Under the pieces are notes generated by a model that had not been told where the DNA came from, ran no database searches, and saw only the letters and a list, made by a program, of their open reading frames with translations. A stretch of DNA of 63,559 nt, the filler included, from Octopus bimaculoides (lineage: Eukaryota): NCBI RefSeq assembly GCF_001194135.2. It is 8 parts of 7 records of this genome, joined end to end, with 100 filler letters (N's around TTAATTAATTAA, not from the genome) between each part and the next. Parts side by side here need not be neighbours in the genome. Positions count along the whole stretch, not along the records: positions 36,736 to 42,102 come from NC_068981.1; positions 42,203 to 48,291 come from NC_068982.1; positions 48,392 to 54,532 come from NC_069004.1; 5 more parts are not named here. One strand, 5' to 3'. The translations under genes were made by a program, and so were the position numbers. Position 1 is the stretch's first letter, and the number at the start of each line of letters is the position of its first letter. This document shows, in pieces, positions 38,328-51,380 of this stretch.

Positions 38328-38439
38328 TCAGCTCCTCTTCGGCTCTCTCCGGACTCGCTTCACCATTAGTATTTATGTTTTCATAGTGTGTGTGTGTGTG
38401 TGTGTGTTGTTTAATACAACGATATCTCCAAGTCTTGCT

Positions 38440-38720
38440 TGAGAACTCGACACCCAAAAGGAGGTGCTGTGGTAATTATGGATGTAAAGTAAATTTGATG
38501 GCTACAGTTATTACACCTTAGACAGGTATTATTTCTCGGTAAAATACCAATTGACAACTTCGTTTCTTTGGCCGTTCCCGGTAGATTTATAAACCGACCA
38601 TTCGTGATATCAACAGTTTTCGAAATATATCGTGAATCTAAACAAGCGAATAATTGTTTGGTTCAACAGCGACTAATAAATTGTATTGACACCGAGACAT
38701 TTAGAAGTCCCTCGAGATGA
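38440..38720 (+). mobile_element. Decayed Penelope-like RT fragment
   Basis: KGGAVVIMD (cf. ADKGGAVVIMD of PLE RTs), then frameshifted RFFG..KIYK and RP motifs. Confidence 0.5.
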
Positions 38721-38849
38721 TTTATGGCAAATATACTGTTATTTCCTTAATGTGGAATGTTTGAGGTATATTTTTTATTCAAGTATATTCATGTAACCCA
38801 GACGTAGAGTCGCGGCACCGCACTACCAGTCACGTGATTTTTTCTTTAA

Positions 38850-39050
38850 TCTTTTATTTGTTTCAGTCATTTGAATGCGGCCATGCTGGAGCACCGACTT
38901 TATTCGAGTAAGTCGACCCCAGAGCTTATTCTTTGTAAGCATAGTACTTATTCTGTTGGACTCTATTGCCGAACCGCTATGTTATGGGGACGTAAACACA
39001 ACAGCATCGGTTGTCAAGCGATATTGGAGGGACAAACACAGACACAAACA

Positions 39051-39103
<53 letters not shown>

Positions 39104-39262
39104 GACGGACTTCTTTCAGTTTCCGTCTACCAAATCCACTCACACGGCTTTGGTCGGCTGGAGGCTATAGCAGAAGACATTTGCTCAAGTTGCCCCGCAG
39201 TGGAACTGAACCCGGAATCATGTGGTTGGTAAGCAAGCTACTTACCACACAGCCACTCCTGC
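38850..39262 (-). mobile_element. SINE family B, full length with internal (CA)n
   Basis: tRNA-like head at the right end (CCGCAGTGGAACTGAACCCGG...CTTACCACACAGCCAC); body CAGTTTCCGTCTACCAAATCCACTCAC. Confidence 0.85.
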
Positions 39263-39427
39263 TCATTGTGCACTCTTAATGAATGAATATCTTGCTTAGA
39301 TAAACTAAAATTGTCAAGGTCCTATCCTCTGTAATGTGCAGGTATATGTATATATATACACATACGCGTATACGCGCACACACATACACACACACACATA
39401 TATGTGTACGTATACATATATATAGTA

Positions 39428-39677
39428 GAGGTAGATGGCTTAGTGGTTAAAGTGTTGCACTCATGGTTGGAAGATTGTGGTTTCGATTCCTGGACGACCG
39501 AGCGATACGTTGTGTTCTTGAGCAAACACTTCATTTCACGTTGCCCTAGTCCACTCAGCTTGGAGAATAAGTAATCCAGCGATAGACTGGCGTCCTGTGC
39601 AGGTGGAGAATATATTCACCATGGAATCTGGGAAGCCGGCCTTATGAGCCTGGCATGGCTCGCGAAGGACCTTTGAT
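39428..39677 (+). mobile_element. SINE, family A-related head
   Basis: GGCTTAGTGGTTAAAGTGTTGCACTCATG...GTTCTTGAGCAAACACTTCATTTCACG. Confidence 0.75.
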
Positions 39678-39822
39678 NNNNNNNNNNNNNNNNNNNNNNN
39701 NNNNNNNNNNNNNNNNNNNNNNNNNNNNNNNNNNNNNNNNNNNNNNNNNNNNNNNNNNNNNNNNNNNNNNNNNNNNNNNNNNNNNNNNNNNNNNNNNNNN
39801 NNNNNNNNNNNNNNNNNNNNNN

Positions 39823-39879
<57 letters not shown>

Positions 39880-40129
39880 ATGTATAAATACATACACATA
39901 TATATATTCACACATACATATGTGTATACACTCGACCACACTCACATACACACACTCACACACACACACATACACACACACCACACGCACACCACACACA
40001 CTCTCACAAACATGGGGAGAGAGAGAGATGTAGAGAACATGAGCAACGATAAAGTATATCTCTTTGAGAAAAATAGAAATGGCGGACTGGGTGGATGCAT
40101 GTGTATGTATGTGAGTGTGTGTCTTTGTT

Positions 40130-40168
<39 letters not shown>

Positions 40169-40921
40169 GGGTAATAAGAAATTGTTGATGTTATGACAGA
40201 ATATGTGTGTGTGAATGTGCTTATAGCTATATTGTGTATATACGCTGTAACTATATGTAAGTATACACACACACACACACAAACATATATGTATATATAT
40301 ATATGATATATCTATGTATATATATATATATGTATGTATATATGTATGTATGTGATGTGTGTATGCAACAATGTGTATGCGTAGTTGTGGAGAACGAAAG
40401 TGGAACTGAATACCNNNNNNNNNNNNNNNNNNNNNNNNNNNNNNNNNNNNNNNNNNNNNNNNNNNNNNNNNNNNNNNNNNNNNNNNNNNNNNNNNNNNNN
40501 NNNNNNNNNNNNNNNNNNNNNNNNNNNNNNNNNNNNNNNNNNNNNNNNNNNNNNNNNNNNNNNNNNNNNNNNNNNNNNNNNNNNNNNNNNNNNNNNNNNN
40601 NNNNNNNNNNNNNNNNNNNNNNNNNNNNNNNNNNNNNNNNNNNNNNNNNNNNNNNNNNNNNNNNNNNNNNNNNNNNNNNNNNNNNNNNNNNNNNNNNNNN
40701 NNNNNNNNNNNNNNNNNNNNNNNNNNNNNNNNNNNNNNNNNNCCTTCCTTCCCCCTCCCAAAAAGAAAAGCTCTACATTGTATTTGTCCCATCTTCGTTG
40801 AGCCCTGTGTGGCTAATAAAAGAAATGTATCTATCTATCTAGCTATCTATCTGTGTGTCTGTGTGTCTGTGTGTCTGTCTGTGTGTCTGTCTGTGTGTCT
40901 GTCTGTGTGTCTGTCTGTTTG

Positions 40922-40984
<63 letters not shown>

Positions 40985-41919
40985 GTCTGTGTGTCTGTCT
41001 ATCTATCTATCTATTATTAGTCATTCATTTATTTCTATTTCCTCTTTAGATTATTTTTTACTTATATATTTTTTGAAATATATATTTCACTTATTGATGT
41101 TGCCTCTTCCTCTTCTGGTTTGGAGATTTAACGAAAGGCTGCCGCTGCCCACAACTTGTGTGGGCTTTTCCTTCAGAAGTGGAATGGTAAACTGGGAGTT
41201 CTGGAGTAGTTAGTTTATGACAGCTGACTGTCTTTGGAGAAAAAGCAACGATGAAGATTGGGAAATAACAGAAACAGTGACACGAACATATGGCTGTAAG
41301 AAAAACAGTGAAACTATGGCAGAATGCTCTAAAGACATGTTTATGTTGTTTTAGTTGTCGTCTGCTGGGAAAGGAAGGAAATCTGCAGCCCGGTTGACAT
41401 CCGCACCAAATGAATAGAAATACAAAGCCAAAAATAGAATTGGCCTTTTAATAGTTAAATAATTTGAATGAAAATGAGAGAATTAGATAAGGTGTGTATT
41501 AAATTGCATTAGAAATTTTTATATTAAGACAGTTAACGATGGTCTCTTTGGAAGAAGAGCAGAAGATTTTGATGGTATCATTTTATAGAGGTCAAGAATG
41601 CAAAGTTGGTACAGAAACAACTGCAACGAATCATTAAAGATGTGTTAAAGAATTTCTTTGTGTTCTTATTATCTGGATTATTATATACAGAGAGAAATTA
41701 TAACTGGCTCTGATTATGTTACGACGTTTAGTATCCGTGACGTCTGATGTGAACAAACAATCAGATCGAAAATGGAAAAATGGGTAATGGCCGGATATGC
41801 CATATTTTCGGGGTTTTTGCTTCTTCATCAGCAGCCGTCCAACCCATTAACCATCCACGAACTCATTGCTTAATTACCCACTAAATACAGCGGTGTAACG
41901 TTATAGGATATATCAATTT

Positions 41920-42075
41920 TACATTGTGTGGTAAGTAGCTTGCTTACCAACTACATGGTTCTGGTTTCAGTCCTACTGCGTGACAGCTTGAGCAAGTGTC
42001 TTCTACTATAGCCTCGGGCCGACGAAAACCTTGTGAGTGGATCTGGTCGACGGAAACTGAAAGAAGCCCGTCGTA
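41920..42075 (+). mobile_element. SINE family B, 5' half
   Basis: TGTGTGGTAAGTAGCTTGC...GGAAACTGAAAGAAGCCCGTCG. Confidence 0.85.
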
Positions 42076-42493
42076 TATATATATATATATATATATATAT
42101 ATNNNNNNNNNNNNNNNNNNNNNNNNNNNNNNNNNNNNNNNNNNNNTTAATTAATTAANNNNNNNNNNNNNNNNNNNNNNNNNNNNNNNNNNNNNNNNNN
42201 NNTATATATATGCATATATAAAACTTACTTGGAAAATGATGCGTGGCGTTCGATCATATAATAATATAAATAATATATAAATATATGCATATATCCAGAT
42301 ATATATGTACATACATACATATGTATACATACATGCATATATGGGTACAGGACATCAAAAAACGTTTAACAGAATGAGAAACGAAAACATAGAAAATGAA
42401 CATTTTTCGAACAACGACAAAAACAGAGAAAGGAGACATGCAACATAAAGTGTATAGCCCTTCATCTATCTACTCCGCGTTTCGAAGGACAGT

Positions 42494-42536
<43 letters not shown>

Positions 42537-43585
42537 GGGGGGGGCGTGTGTGTGTACACAGAGTCTGATGAGTATATATAGATAAACACACACACGCACG
42601 CATACACACATATATGAATATATATGTGCGTAGGAACGCATACGTATATGTATAAAAAAAGTAATTGATTCAGTCACAGAGTCACTAAATGTACTTTACT
42701 TCTCAGTGCTACTTTTCTATTTTTTCGAAGTAAGCCCGTCCGTGATATATGACGTATTTTGCACCTGCGTTTTTTCGAGTTAAATAATACGTTCTTAATA
42801 TCCATTTCACAAGTTTTGTCTATTGCATATGACAGAGAGTTATTTTATAGCAGATGATATCAATTCTTGCATATTCTAGGTTGTTCATCTCGACCGTTAG
42901 ATGCAGGGTGACATGATTTTATAAATACCAAAACTACCACGTAGTGGAACTACGTATTGAAAACTGCACTACTATAAAATCTTCAAAAGAAAATAAAATG
43001 AGTCTCTAATTGTGTGCTAAGTTACGTAGGTTGCCTTCGGGAATCATTCTTGACAAATCTCTTTACTGTAACATTCATCTGATACGAAACATATGTTAAG
43101 AATGTTCTTGATAATAAAAATAAGGACGATGATTCCACTTTTGATATAACTTTATTAAATTTGTAACACGGGGAAATATCCGTTGGGTATTTTCTTATAC
43201 CGTTTTCTATTATTATGTTTTGAATTCAAGCCAACATTTACTTTTTTATCTTACAACGCTTGATAAAACACTTACGACCAAATAATGAGGTTAATATACT
43301 CGGGTGTATACGTACCCCAGAGGAAATTCACTTTATCCAATGTAATCGGCGATATTTACGTCATAGAAAATGATTTCGCTTTCANNNNNNNNNNNNNNNN
43401 NNNNNNNNNNNNNNNNNNNNNNNNNNNNNNNNNNNNNNNNNNNNNNNNNNNNNNNNNNNNNNNNNNNNNNNNNNNNNNNNNNNNNNNNNNNNNNNNNNNN
43501 NNNNNNNNNNNNNNNNNNNNNNNNNNNNNNNNNNNNNNNNNNNNNNNNNNNNNNNNNNNNNNNNNNNNNNNNNNNNNNNNNNNNN

Positions 43586-43619
<34 letters not shown>

Positions 43620-44051
43620 TCACATCTTTCAAAATTGGTATCTTCATAGCTTTCAATGTTAATTAGTAATTATATATCATAGACACTTACAGAATTTGTT
43701 TACTGAAGAAAAAAAAGTAACACAGAATGTTATACAAAAATATTTCGAGTAGAAATTATCATAGTCCTTACCTGTAATCGTAATATAACAAAAATATTTC
43801 TTGAAGCAATGTCACCTCATAAGTAGAGATTTTTACTCTCATAAGACAATGCAAAAATACAGCTGCATACGTGTTGACATACACACATGTACATACAGAG
43901 ACAGATATAGATGTATGTCTGTATATATGTGCATACATAATATGTATATATACATGTATGTGTATACCAAAGCTAATGCATTTTCACTGGACACATACAC
44001 ACGTAAATGATTGCATTATATATGTATGTGTGTATGTATGTATGTATGTAT

Positions 44052-44134
<83 letters not shown>

Positions 44135-44269
44135 TAAAGAGAGAGAAAGAGAAAGAGAAAGAGAGAGATAGAAAGAGAAAGAGAGAGAGAGATTCGGTTG
44201 AATTAGGTACTTAAGTTGAAGAACCAAGTCAGTGCTGTATTATCCGTACAAGTCAAATAAGGTGATTAA

Positions 44270-45270
44270 AATCAAAATATGCAACAGGATATCAAGACGT
44301 GATGTAGTACGATCGTTTCAAGCGGCTCCATATAATTGAACAATGCAATCATTACATCACCTTAAATGTAGTGCTATCCTCAGCTGCATGAATAAATAGA
44401 ATTTTAAATCAGTTGGGTATATTAATATAATTTTAGTAAAATTCTCTAATAGAGCAAGAAGAGGAAAACAATTCCATGTTAAAATATACTACATTTGTGA
44501 GAACTGTAAGAAGTTTGGCATAGCTTGTAAAGGATTGTGGTTCATTTTTAATTTAATAGTCTTTTGTATCAGCTATCAATTCTAAGGCTAGAGAACAGTG
44601 TCTGTTTAGAATGGATAGACAGATTGAGTTGACAATTTGTAGTTGGGTATGGTCATAAATATGTCGGGATTTGGGGAAATGCATTAATTACTCACTATAA
44701 AGAAGGCTGGGTAAGGGAAGACCCTAAATCAAGATGTTAATTACCTGATAAAGCGGAAAGACGCTAATAGGACATATGATACTAATACAGAGGAAACCAT
44801 CATGGGTTACAATGGATGATTGTATATAAACAATATTGTTATGTTGTATGAAGATAAAATTTAAGATTACTAAAAATGATATTCTAACCAGGATAGATAA
44901 ATTCAACTATACCCAAATATAAACTGTCAACTGAATCTGTCTATCCATTCTAAACAGACACTGTCCTCTAGTCTTAGATTTGGCTATAGATTGAATCACA
45001 ATCCTAACAAACTTCAAGCAGTTCTTAGAAGTGTAGTATATTCTGAGTTACATTAGTAGCAACATGGACTTTTGCTTTCTTCTTGCTGTATTAGAGATTT
45101 TGGGTAAAATTATATTAATGTATTCAACTGATTAAAAATTCTATTTATTTATGCAGCTGACGATAACCCTGCATTTAAATTGATGCAATGATTGCATTGT
45201 TCAATTAAATGGAGCTGTTTGAAGCGGTTGTACTGCAACACTTCGTGGTATCCTGTTGCTTATTTTGATT
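44270..45270. mobile_element. ~1-kb foldback element with ~370-380-bp diverged inverted arms
   Basis: 44270-44653 is the approximate reverse complement of 44905-45270, e.g. ATTGAACAATGCAATCATT and CAGTGTCTGTTTAGAATGGATAGACAGATT are mirrored. Confidence 0.8.
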
Positions 45271-45649
45271 ATATATATATATACATTTATATATAAGCTG
45301 GACTGCACACATTAACAACAAATTTGACTCGGTGCGTGCTCCTTGGTATTTGAGGCCTATCGGCTTAAAGACGCTCCTCCTATTCCCTTTCTCCTCTCCA
45401 TCTTTACCCGTCATCTCCTTTGTAGTCTGCCTATGAGAAACAAAGTAATATAAATTTAAAGCTTCGTAAAGACCGATCAGAATGACTATTGATGACATGA
45501 CACAGGTGTTGATTTTTTAGGATCGTATCGAGAAACAAACTTTATTCCCTTCAACGTCGCTGCGAGCGCATTATCATTTGTATGATGTAGGAAATATACC
45601 AACACCGTTGCCCAATTGATGTTGTCATCAGCCTTAAATTTCCTCTAAG

Positions 45650-45930
45650 TTTAGATCCCTGTGGCATTCGTCCACTACATAAATCCTGTGCACATCACAC
45701 CAAACCATTCACACAAAAATATTACTCCTCAATTTGAACAGTTCTCTTTAAAATCGTCCCAAGACACATAAGAGATGGAAAAAAGTCAAGACATTAAAGA
45801 GTTTCCTCGACAAGTATCTCAAAACAATCTCAGACAAACCATTTACACCCGGATATATTTCTCAAACAGTGACACTTTCCTCGGATGGGTTATTGCGAAA
45901 CATTATCAAATGTGTTTTTCAGATGGTGCA
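45650..45930 (+). mobile_element. CR1/L2/Jockey-group LINE 3' end remnant
   Basis: LFKIVPRHIR and FLDKYLKTISDKP segments. Confidence 0.55.
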
Positions 45931-45984
45931 GTTAAATCATTCATACCTTGGGTCAATTCTGGCAGAAATTTTTCGATATATAGA

Positions 45985-46220
45985 AGGCGGCGAGCTAGCA
46001 GAAACGTTAGCACGCTGGGCGAAATGCTTAGCGGTATTTCGTCTGTCGCTACGATTTGAGTTCAAATTCTGCTAAGGTCGATTTGCCTTTCATCCTTTCG
46101 AGGTCGATTAAATAAGTACCAGTTACGCACTGAAGTCGATATAATCGACTTAATCCGTTTGTCTGTCCTTGTTTGTCCACTCTGTGTGTACCCCCTATTG
46201 GGCAGTAAAGAAATATGGAA
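45985..46220 (+). mobile_element. SINE family C
   Basis: GGCGGCGAGCTAGCAGAAACGTTAGCACG through GGGCAGTAAAGAAATA. Confidence 0.88.
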
Positions 46221-47589
46221 CTTCTCGATATATGTATGTGTGTGTTTGGGTATGTGTGTGTGCACGTGTTTGTCCATGTGCGTGTGTGTGTGCACGCGTG
46301 TTTATTCTTTTTTTTTTTTTTACCTTAATTTATACATTTATCTTTTTACATTTTATCTTTTAGATTCTTTCCGCACACACATCGGCTGTTAGAGAGAGAT
46401 TTTGAAGCGTATCTTTCTTACTAGCATTCACACAAGTTTGTTTCTTCTCGCACCACAAACATCTGAAAGCCTTTCCCGTCTTATTTTACCAGCGATACTT
46501 AATGGAAATTCATACAAGTGAGTGGTTTTACTTTTTTTTAAACTTAGAATTTCATTATAGAATTACCATTTGAAAAATTTGCCTCTAATATCAATACCTC
46601 GGATAATCTGACGCATAGTAATCCGAGGACAATATAAATAGTAAACAAAAATTCTACATCTTTTCGTGAAGGCGTAAACTAAGAAAACACGACTTCAAAA
46701 ATATAAAAATATTATCTCTCGGGAGAAACATTTATAAGTAATGTCACTTCTTTCAAACAATAGCCAAGGTTATAATGCACAGTGAGACGATTATCACAAG
46801 TATAATTACTGTTTCATTACTGAGCAATAATGGTTATCTCTGTTAGATACAGAAACTAATTATCTCCACCTTGACTACATTATCCTCACAATAAAACTTT
46901 GGTCAAGATTTCCTGATTTACACTTAACTACAGACGTTATTAGCCAAGGAGTACAGATTAAGTTTTGATGTTATCCGCAAAAAGAAAAAAAGATGATTCT
47001 TTATATTAATTTTTGACTCTGTCATACCAACATATGAATATCTACACGTTTATTCATATCGGGTATGAATATATGTATTTCCTCATTTTCACAATACTGC
47101 ATTCAAACTGACTTAGGCATACTAATATCTTATGCATGTATTATACGCATATATTATGTGTATATGTTTATATGTATATAGGTATTTTATGTAAGCTTGG
47201 GCAGCTTGAGTTTTATACATGAGATAAACATACTCCTCTCTTTCGATTTATGCATACGTTGTATATACGGAGAGCAAATATGAAGCTCCAACGTAAATGA
47301 TTGCGTTGCAAAAGATTGCCATGTGGAAAGTATATCGAAGCACTTGAAAATTGTAGGAAGCATATTTAATTACAACTATTTTAACCTACTAACGTGATAC
47401 AAGAATTAGTTTGTAAGCTATAAGCTATTTAGTGAATACTAAGTTATAACAAAAATTTATAAATGCTTATATAAATGTGCGTTTGCATGAATGTGTATTT
47501 ATATATATATATATGTAGATATTTATATGTACATCTAAGTTTAATAAGTATTATACAATAATACAGAAGGTGATGCGCTGGCATAATCT

Positions 47590-47765
47590 CTATCACTCCG
47601 GGCAATATACTTAACGACGTTTCGTCCGTCCTTACGTTCTCAGTTCAAATTTAATATTTTATGGGTCGATAAGATAAGTACCAGCTATGCACTGAGGTAG
47701 ATGTAATCGATAATCCTCTCCCTCTGCCAAAATTTCAGATCATGTGTTATAGAAAGGATTATTTA
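47590..47765 (+). mobile_element. SINE family C, degenerate
   Basis: CTTACGTTCTCAGTTCAAAT...GATAAGTACCAG...GATGTAATCGA. Confidence 0.6.
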
Positions 47766-48234
47766 ATAATAGGGAATCATGAGCCATCCTTCACTAGCAT
47801 CTCTCACGAGTCTATATGTGTATGATAATTCAAAACCCATCTCAACGAAAACTATTCATACTAAAATACTAAAATAGAAGACAGGGAGTGTTATGTTTAC
47901 ATGTAGGAGAATTTTGTAATTGTGACCATCGGAATGAGCAACAGTATTAATCCCAAATATATCAAGGTGATACAAGATTGTTTCACGGTTGGCACCAACT
48001 AACTGTGGATGATTTTCAAATACTGAAGTACATTTACAAGAATATATAATTAAGCTCGGAAAAATGTGAGTAATACTAAATAGGAAGTAAATGAGTATTC
48101 AACTATTGCTATAACATGGGTAAAATACCAGAATATTTTAATCGCCGCAAGTATAGGTAATATAAGTTAAAACAAAACAAGAAGGTACTAGCATTAATTT
48201 ACAGCAGACAACTTTGAAACATCTTTTAAAACTA

Positions 48235-48279
<45 letters not shown>

Positions 48280-48391
48280 CATTAAATATACNNNNNNNNN
48301 NNNNNNNNNNNNNNNNNNNNNNNNNNNNNNNNNNNTTAATTAATTAANNNNNNNNNNNNNNNNNNNNNNNNNNNNNNNNNNNNNNNNNNNN

Positions 48392-48440
<49 letters not shown>

Positions 48441-48446
48441 CATACA

Positions 48447-48479
<33 letters not shown>

Positions 48480-49904
48480 GCATATATATATATACATTCA
48501 TGTATCTCCTTTTATTTTATTAGTACCTATCCCTTCTATATATATATATATCTTTTATGTACACTAGTCACATTTTTTATTTTTTATCCTTAAATTGTAA
48601 AGACACATCTTTGTAAAGTTTGGCATCTATTTCTAGCATTTTGGCTCTCGTTACTGGCTGGTAAACCACAGCAACATAGTTCCTTCTGACCACTCAAGAC
48701 TGTGAACTCATCTATTCGTCCTTATCTATCTATTTGGCCTTCTCCCTGCCTCAATTTAATTACCTTCGTTAACCATAAAATATTATCTACTTTATCTCTC
48801 CTTGACTTTATCCATCCCTACGAACTCTCACCCTTACCCCTACCCTACTCTGTTGAAGAATAATGATTTCCTTCATTGGCCACAAGGGCCCAAGACATGG
48901 AGGACAATATCGAAGGACGAGTTACAACACAAAATAATAATGTTGATGAATAATGCCAACCTCTCTTGACAGAACCTATTATTTATCTATTTACCCACTT
49001 CTTTTATCTTATTTTATCTTTTACTTTTCTATTTTATCATTTTTAAAATATTTTCTTTATTCTTATCTTTACTTACAGACCCCTTTCACTCAGATATACC
49101 CATCTGTTATCATGTCTAAATTTAACTGTCTTTCTCACAAATTGTAGACTGCTGATCTCTTGACTTTTCTTCCATTATTCGCACGTGCACTAAACTGTTA
49201 GATCAGTTTTCTTAAATGGATGCATTACTCAATCCACTTTCCGAACTACGGACTTACCCAGGATTATACGTAAGAATATACACCTTCACGGAAATATGGA
49301 TAAACCCCCATACCCTCCGGAACAGGGTATGCCTTGAACTCCATACTTTTCTCTTCATCAACTGTTCTCGGAAATTTCCTGCATAGACATCTTGTCTCCG
49401 ATGATGGAATGCCCAATGTATACTTCGAATCACCATTAAAATAATTCATATGATCTGTTAAGCTTCTCCTGCCTTGATTTTGTTTTCCTTTTCCTTTAAT
49501 ATATATATANNNNNNNNNNNNNNNNNNNNNNNNNNNNNNNNNNNNNNNNNNNNNNNNNNNNNNNNNNNNNNNNNNNNNNNNNNNNNNNNNNNNNNNNNNN
49601 NNNNNNNNNNNNNNNNNNNNNNNNNNNNNNNNNNNNNNNNNNNNNNNNNNNNNNNNNNNNNNNNNNNNNNNNNNNNNNNNNNNNNNNNNNNNNNNNNNNN
49701 NNNNNNNNNNNNNNNNNNNNNNNNNNNNNNNNNNNNNNNNNNNNNNNNNNNNNNNNNNNNNNNNNNNNNNNNNNNNNNNNNNNNNNNNNNNNNNNNNNNN
49801 NNNNNNNNNNNNNNNNNNNNNNNNNNNNNNNNNNNNNNNNNNNNNNNNNNNNNNNNNNNNNNNNNNNNNNNNNNNNNNNNNNNNNNNNNATATATATATA
49901 TATA

Positions 49905-51103
49905 CAGGGTGAGTAAGGTGCTTGAGGACACACTTATTGGGGGGTTATTGAATGCATTTTCTGCTAACTCTGTATATTCTTTGTTTCAGGAAATAATAGT
50001 GGCAAAACCTCAGCTTACTCAGGAAATGAAGAAGCATAATGTTATTGTGGTTATAAAGGCTGAGCATAGTGATTTAGAAATATCTCGATTTTTAAAAGTT
50101 GCCAGATCTTTTGTCTACAAAGTTTGTAAGGAGCTAAAGACTGAAGATGGAAACGTATCACCAGTATCAAACCATAAAAAGCATTCTAAACGCTCTGAAA
50201 TCTTCAGAACACCTGAATCTATCCAGCAAGTTCAACAGACCATTGATTACAATCCCCAAAACGTCCACGAGGTCAATTGCAAAATGTCGCCATGTGTCAG
50301 AAGGAACAGTCAGTAATGATGTCCACGAAGACATCATATAAAAGTCTTATATGATGAGGAAAGATCAATTTGTCAGAAAAAGCAAAAGAAAATCACTACA
50401 TCAGATCTAAAAGACTGTTAAACAAATTGAAAATTCCATCAGAAGATTTAATTTGGTTTTTCTCAAAAGGGAAAAACTTCGACCGACATCTTAAAATTAA
50501 CAGAAGAAATGATGGTTATGTGCAGACCCTTCTGAAGTTCCAAATGTTATGCATGCAAAATGTCCTGTAACTGTCATGGTTTTAGGGGTTGTCAGCAATG
50601 AAGGACATGTGATGCCTCCTTACTTCTTTCCAGAAGGCCTAACTTTGCCGCCTACATTGAGGTCCTGGAAATAATTGTTAAGCCCTGGATAGACAGTGTA
50701 TGCAATGGAAGGCCATATGTATTTCAGTAAGACTTTGCACTATCGCACATGGCTCTGGTAACACAGGAATGGATGGCTGAAAATTTTCATCATCACATAA
50801 CCCCTAACATTTGACTGCCCGATACCCCAGATCTCAATCCATTGGACTATTAAACGTGGAACGTAGTCAGAATAATGTCCAAAATGAAGCCGGACCACTT
50901 GATTCGAAAATGTAGATGATTTAGGTCTCATATAGAAGCAGTTGTTGAAGCTAAATATGGCTTTACTGAATAACCTTATACAAAAGAAGGTTTTTTAAAA
51001 TCCTCATAACATTTTTTGATAAATAAAGTTATTCTCTGTTATTATATATCTATTTTTTTTTTTTATAAACTTAAATCTGTCCTCAAATATCTTACACACC
51101 TTG
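49905..51103 (+). mobile_element. End-to-end Tc1/mariner element, DD37D (maT) group, inactive
   Basis: 26-bp TIRs CAGGGTGAGTAAGGTGCTTGAGGACA vs CAAGGTGTGTAAGATATTTGAGGACA (rc), TA on both sides; VMVLGVVSNEG; I counted exactly 37 codons between the F-Q-stop-D aspartate and the PDLNPLD terminal aspartate; stops and frameshifts. Confidence 0.9.
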
Positions 51104-51380
51104 TACATACATACATACATACATACATACATACCTACATACATACATGGTCTAGCATATTAAAAAAAATCCGAAGATTAAAATTATATTACATATAAAA
51201 AAAAGAGGAATGACCAGCAAAAGTGGACTCCTATATGCTAGAAATAGATGCCGAATCATCTAACCACGGAAAAGATATGTTCTCAGTAAAAAATTTAGCG
51301 ACACAACAGACTGTAAAAGGGCAAGAAAAATGAAAAAAATATAAAATAAAATATATATATATATGTATGTATGTATGCAT

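Noticed and set aside
49254-49449. Two overlapping minus-strand ORFs ending near a GTAAGT donor
   Set aside because: No polypyrimidine acceptor and no recognisable protein; cannot support an exon.
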